A stretch of 63,015 nt of DNA, filler included, from Octopus bimaculoides (lineage: Eukaryota): the NCBI RefSeq assembly GCF_001194135.2. It is 3 parts of 3 records of this genome, joined end to end, with 100 filler letters (N's around TTAATTAATTAA, not from the genome) between each part and the next. Parts side by side here need not be neighbours in the genome. Positions count along the whole stretch, not along the records: positions 49,418 to 63,015 come from NC_068982.1; 2 more parts are not named here. One strand, written 5' to 3'. The notes below the pieces were generated by a model. It was not told the origin of the DNA. It worked only from the letters and a program-made list of their open reading frames with translations, and made no database searches. How positions within the stretch are numbered: position 1 is the first letter of the stretch; every line of letters begins with the position of its first letter. A program made the translations under genes and the position numbers. Below are positions 62,748 to 63,015 of the stretch, one piece after another.

Positions 62748-62771
62748 TATGTATGTATGTATGTATACTTG

Positions 62772-62850
<79 letters not shown>

Positions 62851-63015
62851 CTTCTGATCTAATCTCTACAACTGTCTTAAGATTCGAGTTGTGAACACGA
62901 AGTAAAGGTTAATGGAGATTTCAAATTCCAACCCACAGAAAATTGCTCACGCACACACATACGTGCGCATACACTCATATCTACATATCTATATATCTAT
63001 GTATCTACATATGTA

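Overview
AT-rich, repeat- and microsatellite-dense animal genomic DNA with 13 N-gaps. The SINE/RTE repertoire suggests an octopus/coleoid cephalopod (inference). The one host gene I can support is SMYD4 (TPR + split SET/MYND + post-SET + C-terminal TPR-like lysine methyltransferase) on the minus strand. I traced 14 GT-AG exons by hand from 28543 to the stop at 4904; their phases are mutually consistent (1905 nt = 634 aa + stop). The N-terminal exon(s) were not found. The rest is transposon debris: three abundant SINE-like families (called A, B, C here), RTE, Tx1/L1, Penelope-like and possibly R4/Dong LINE fragments, Tc1/mariner relics and MITEs, and a hAT MITE with a perfect 8-bp TSD. The most unusual signal is seven hammerhead-ribozyme-like motifs (CUGANGA - stem II - GAAA, most followed by a palindromic or near-palindromic loop and UH) in about five repeat types, one of them a tRNA-headed SINE. 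There is also a perfect 36-bp intronic hairpin, inverted SINE pairs bracketing SMYD4 exons, and a CpG-decay boundary near 30 kb. No CRISPR array, rRNA or intact tRNA gene. Repeat boundaries are approximate (about +/-20 nt); exon boundaries were counted exactly.
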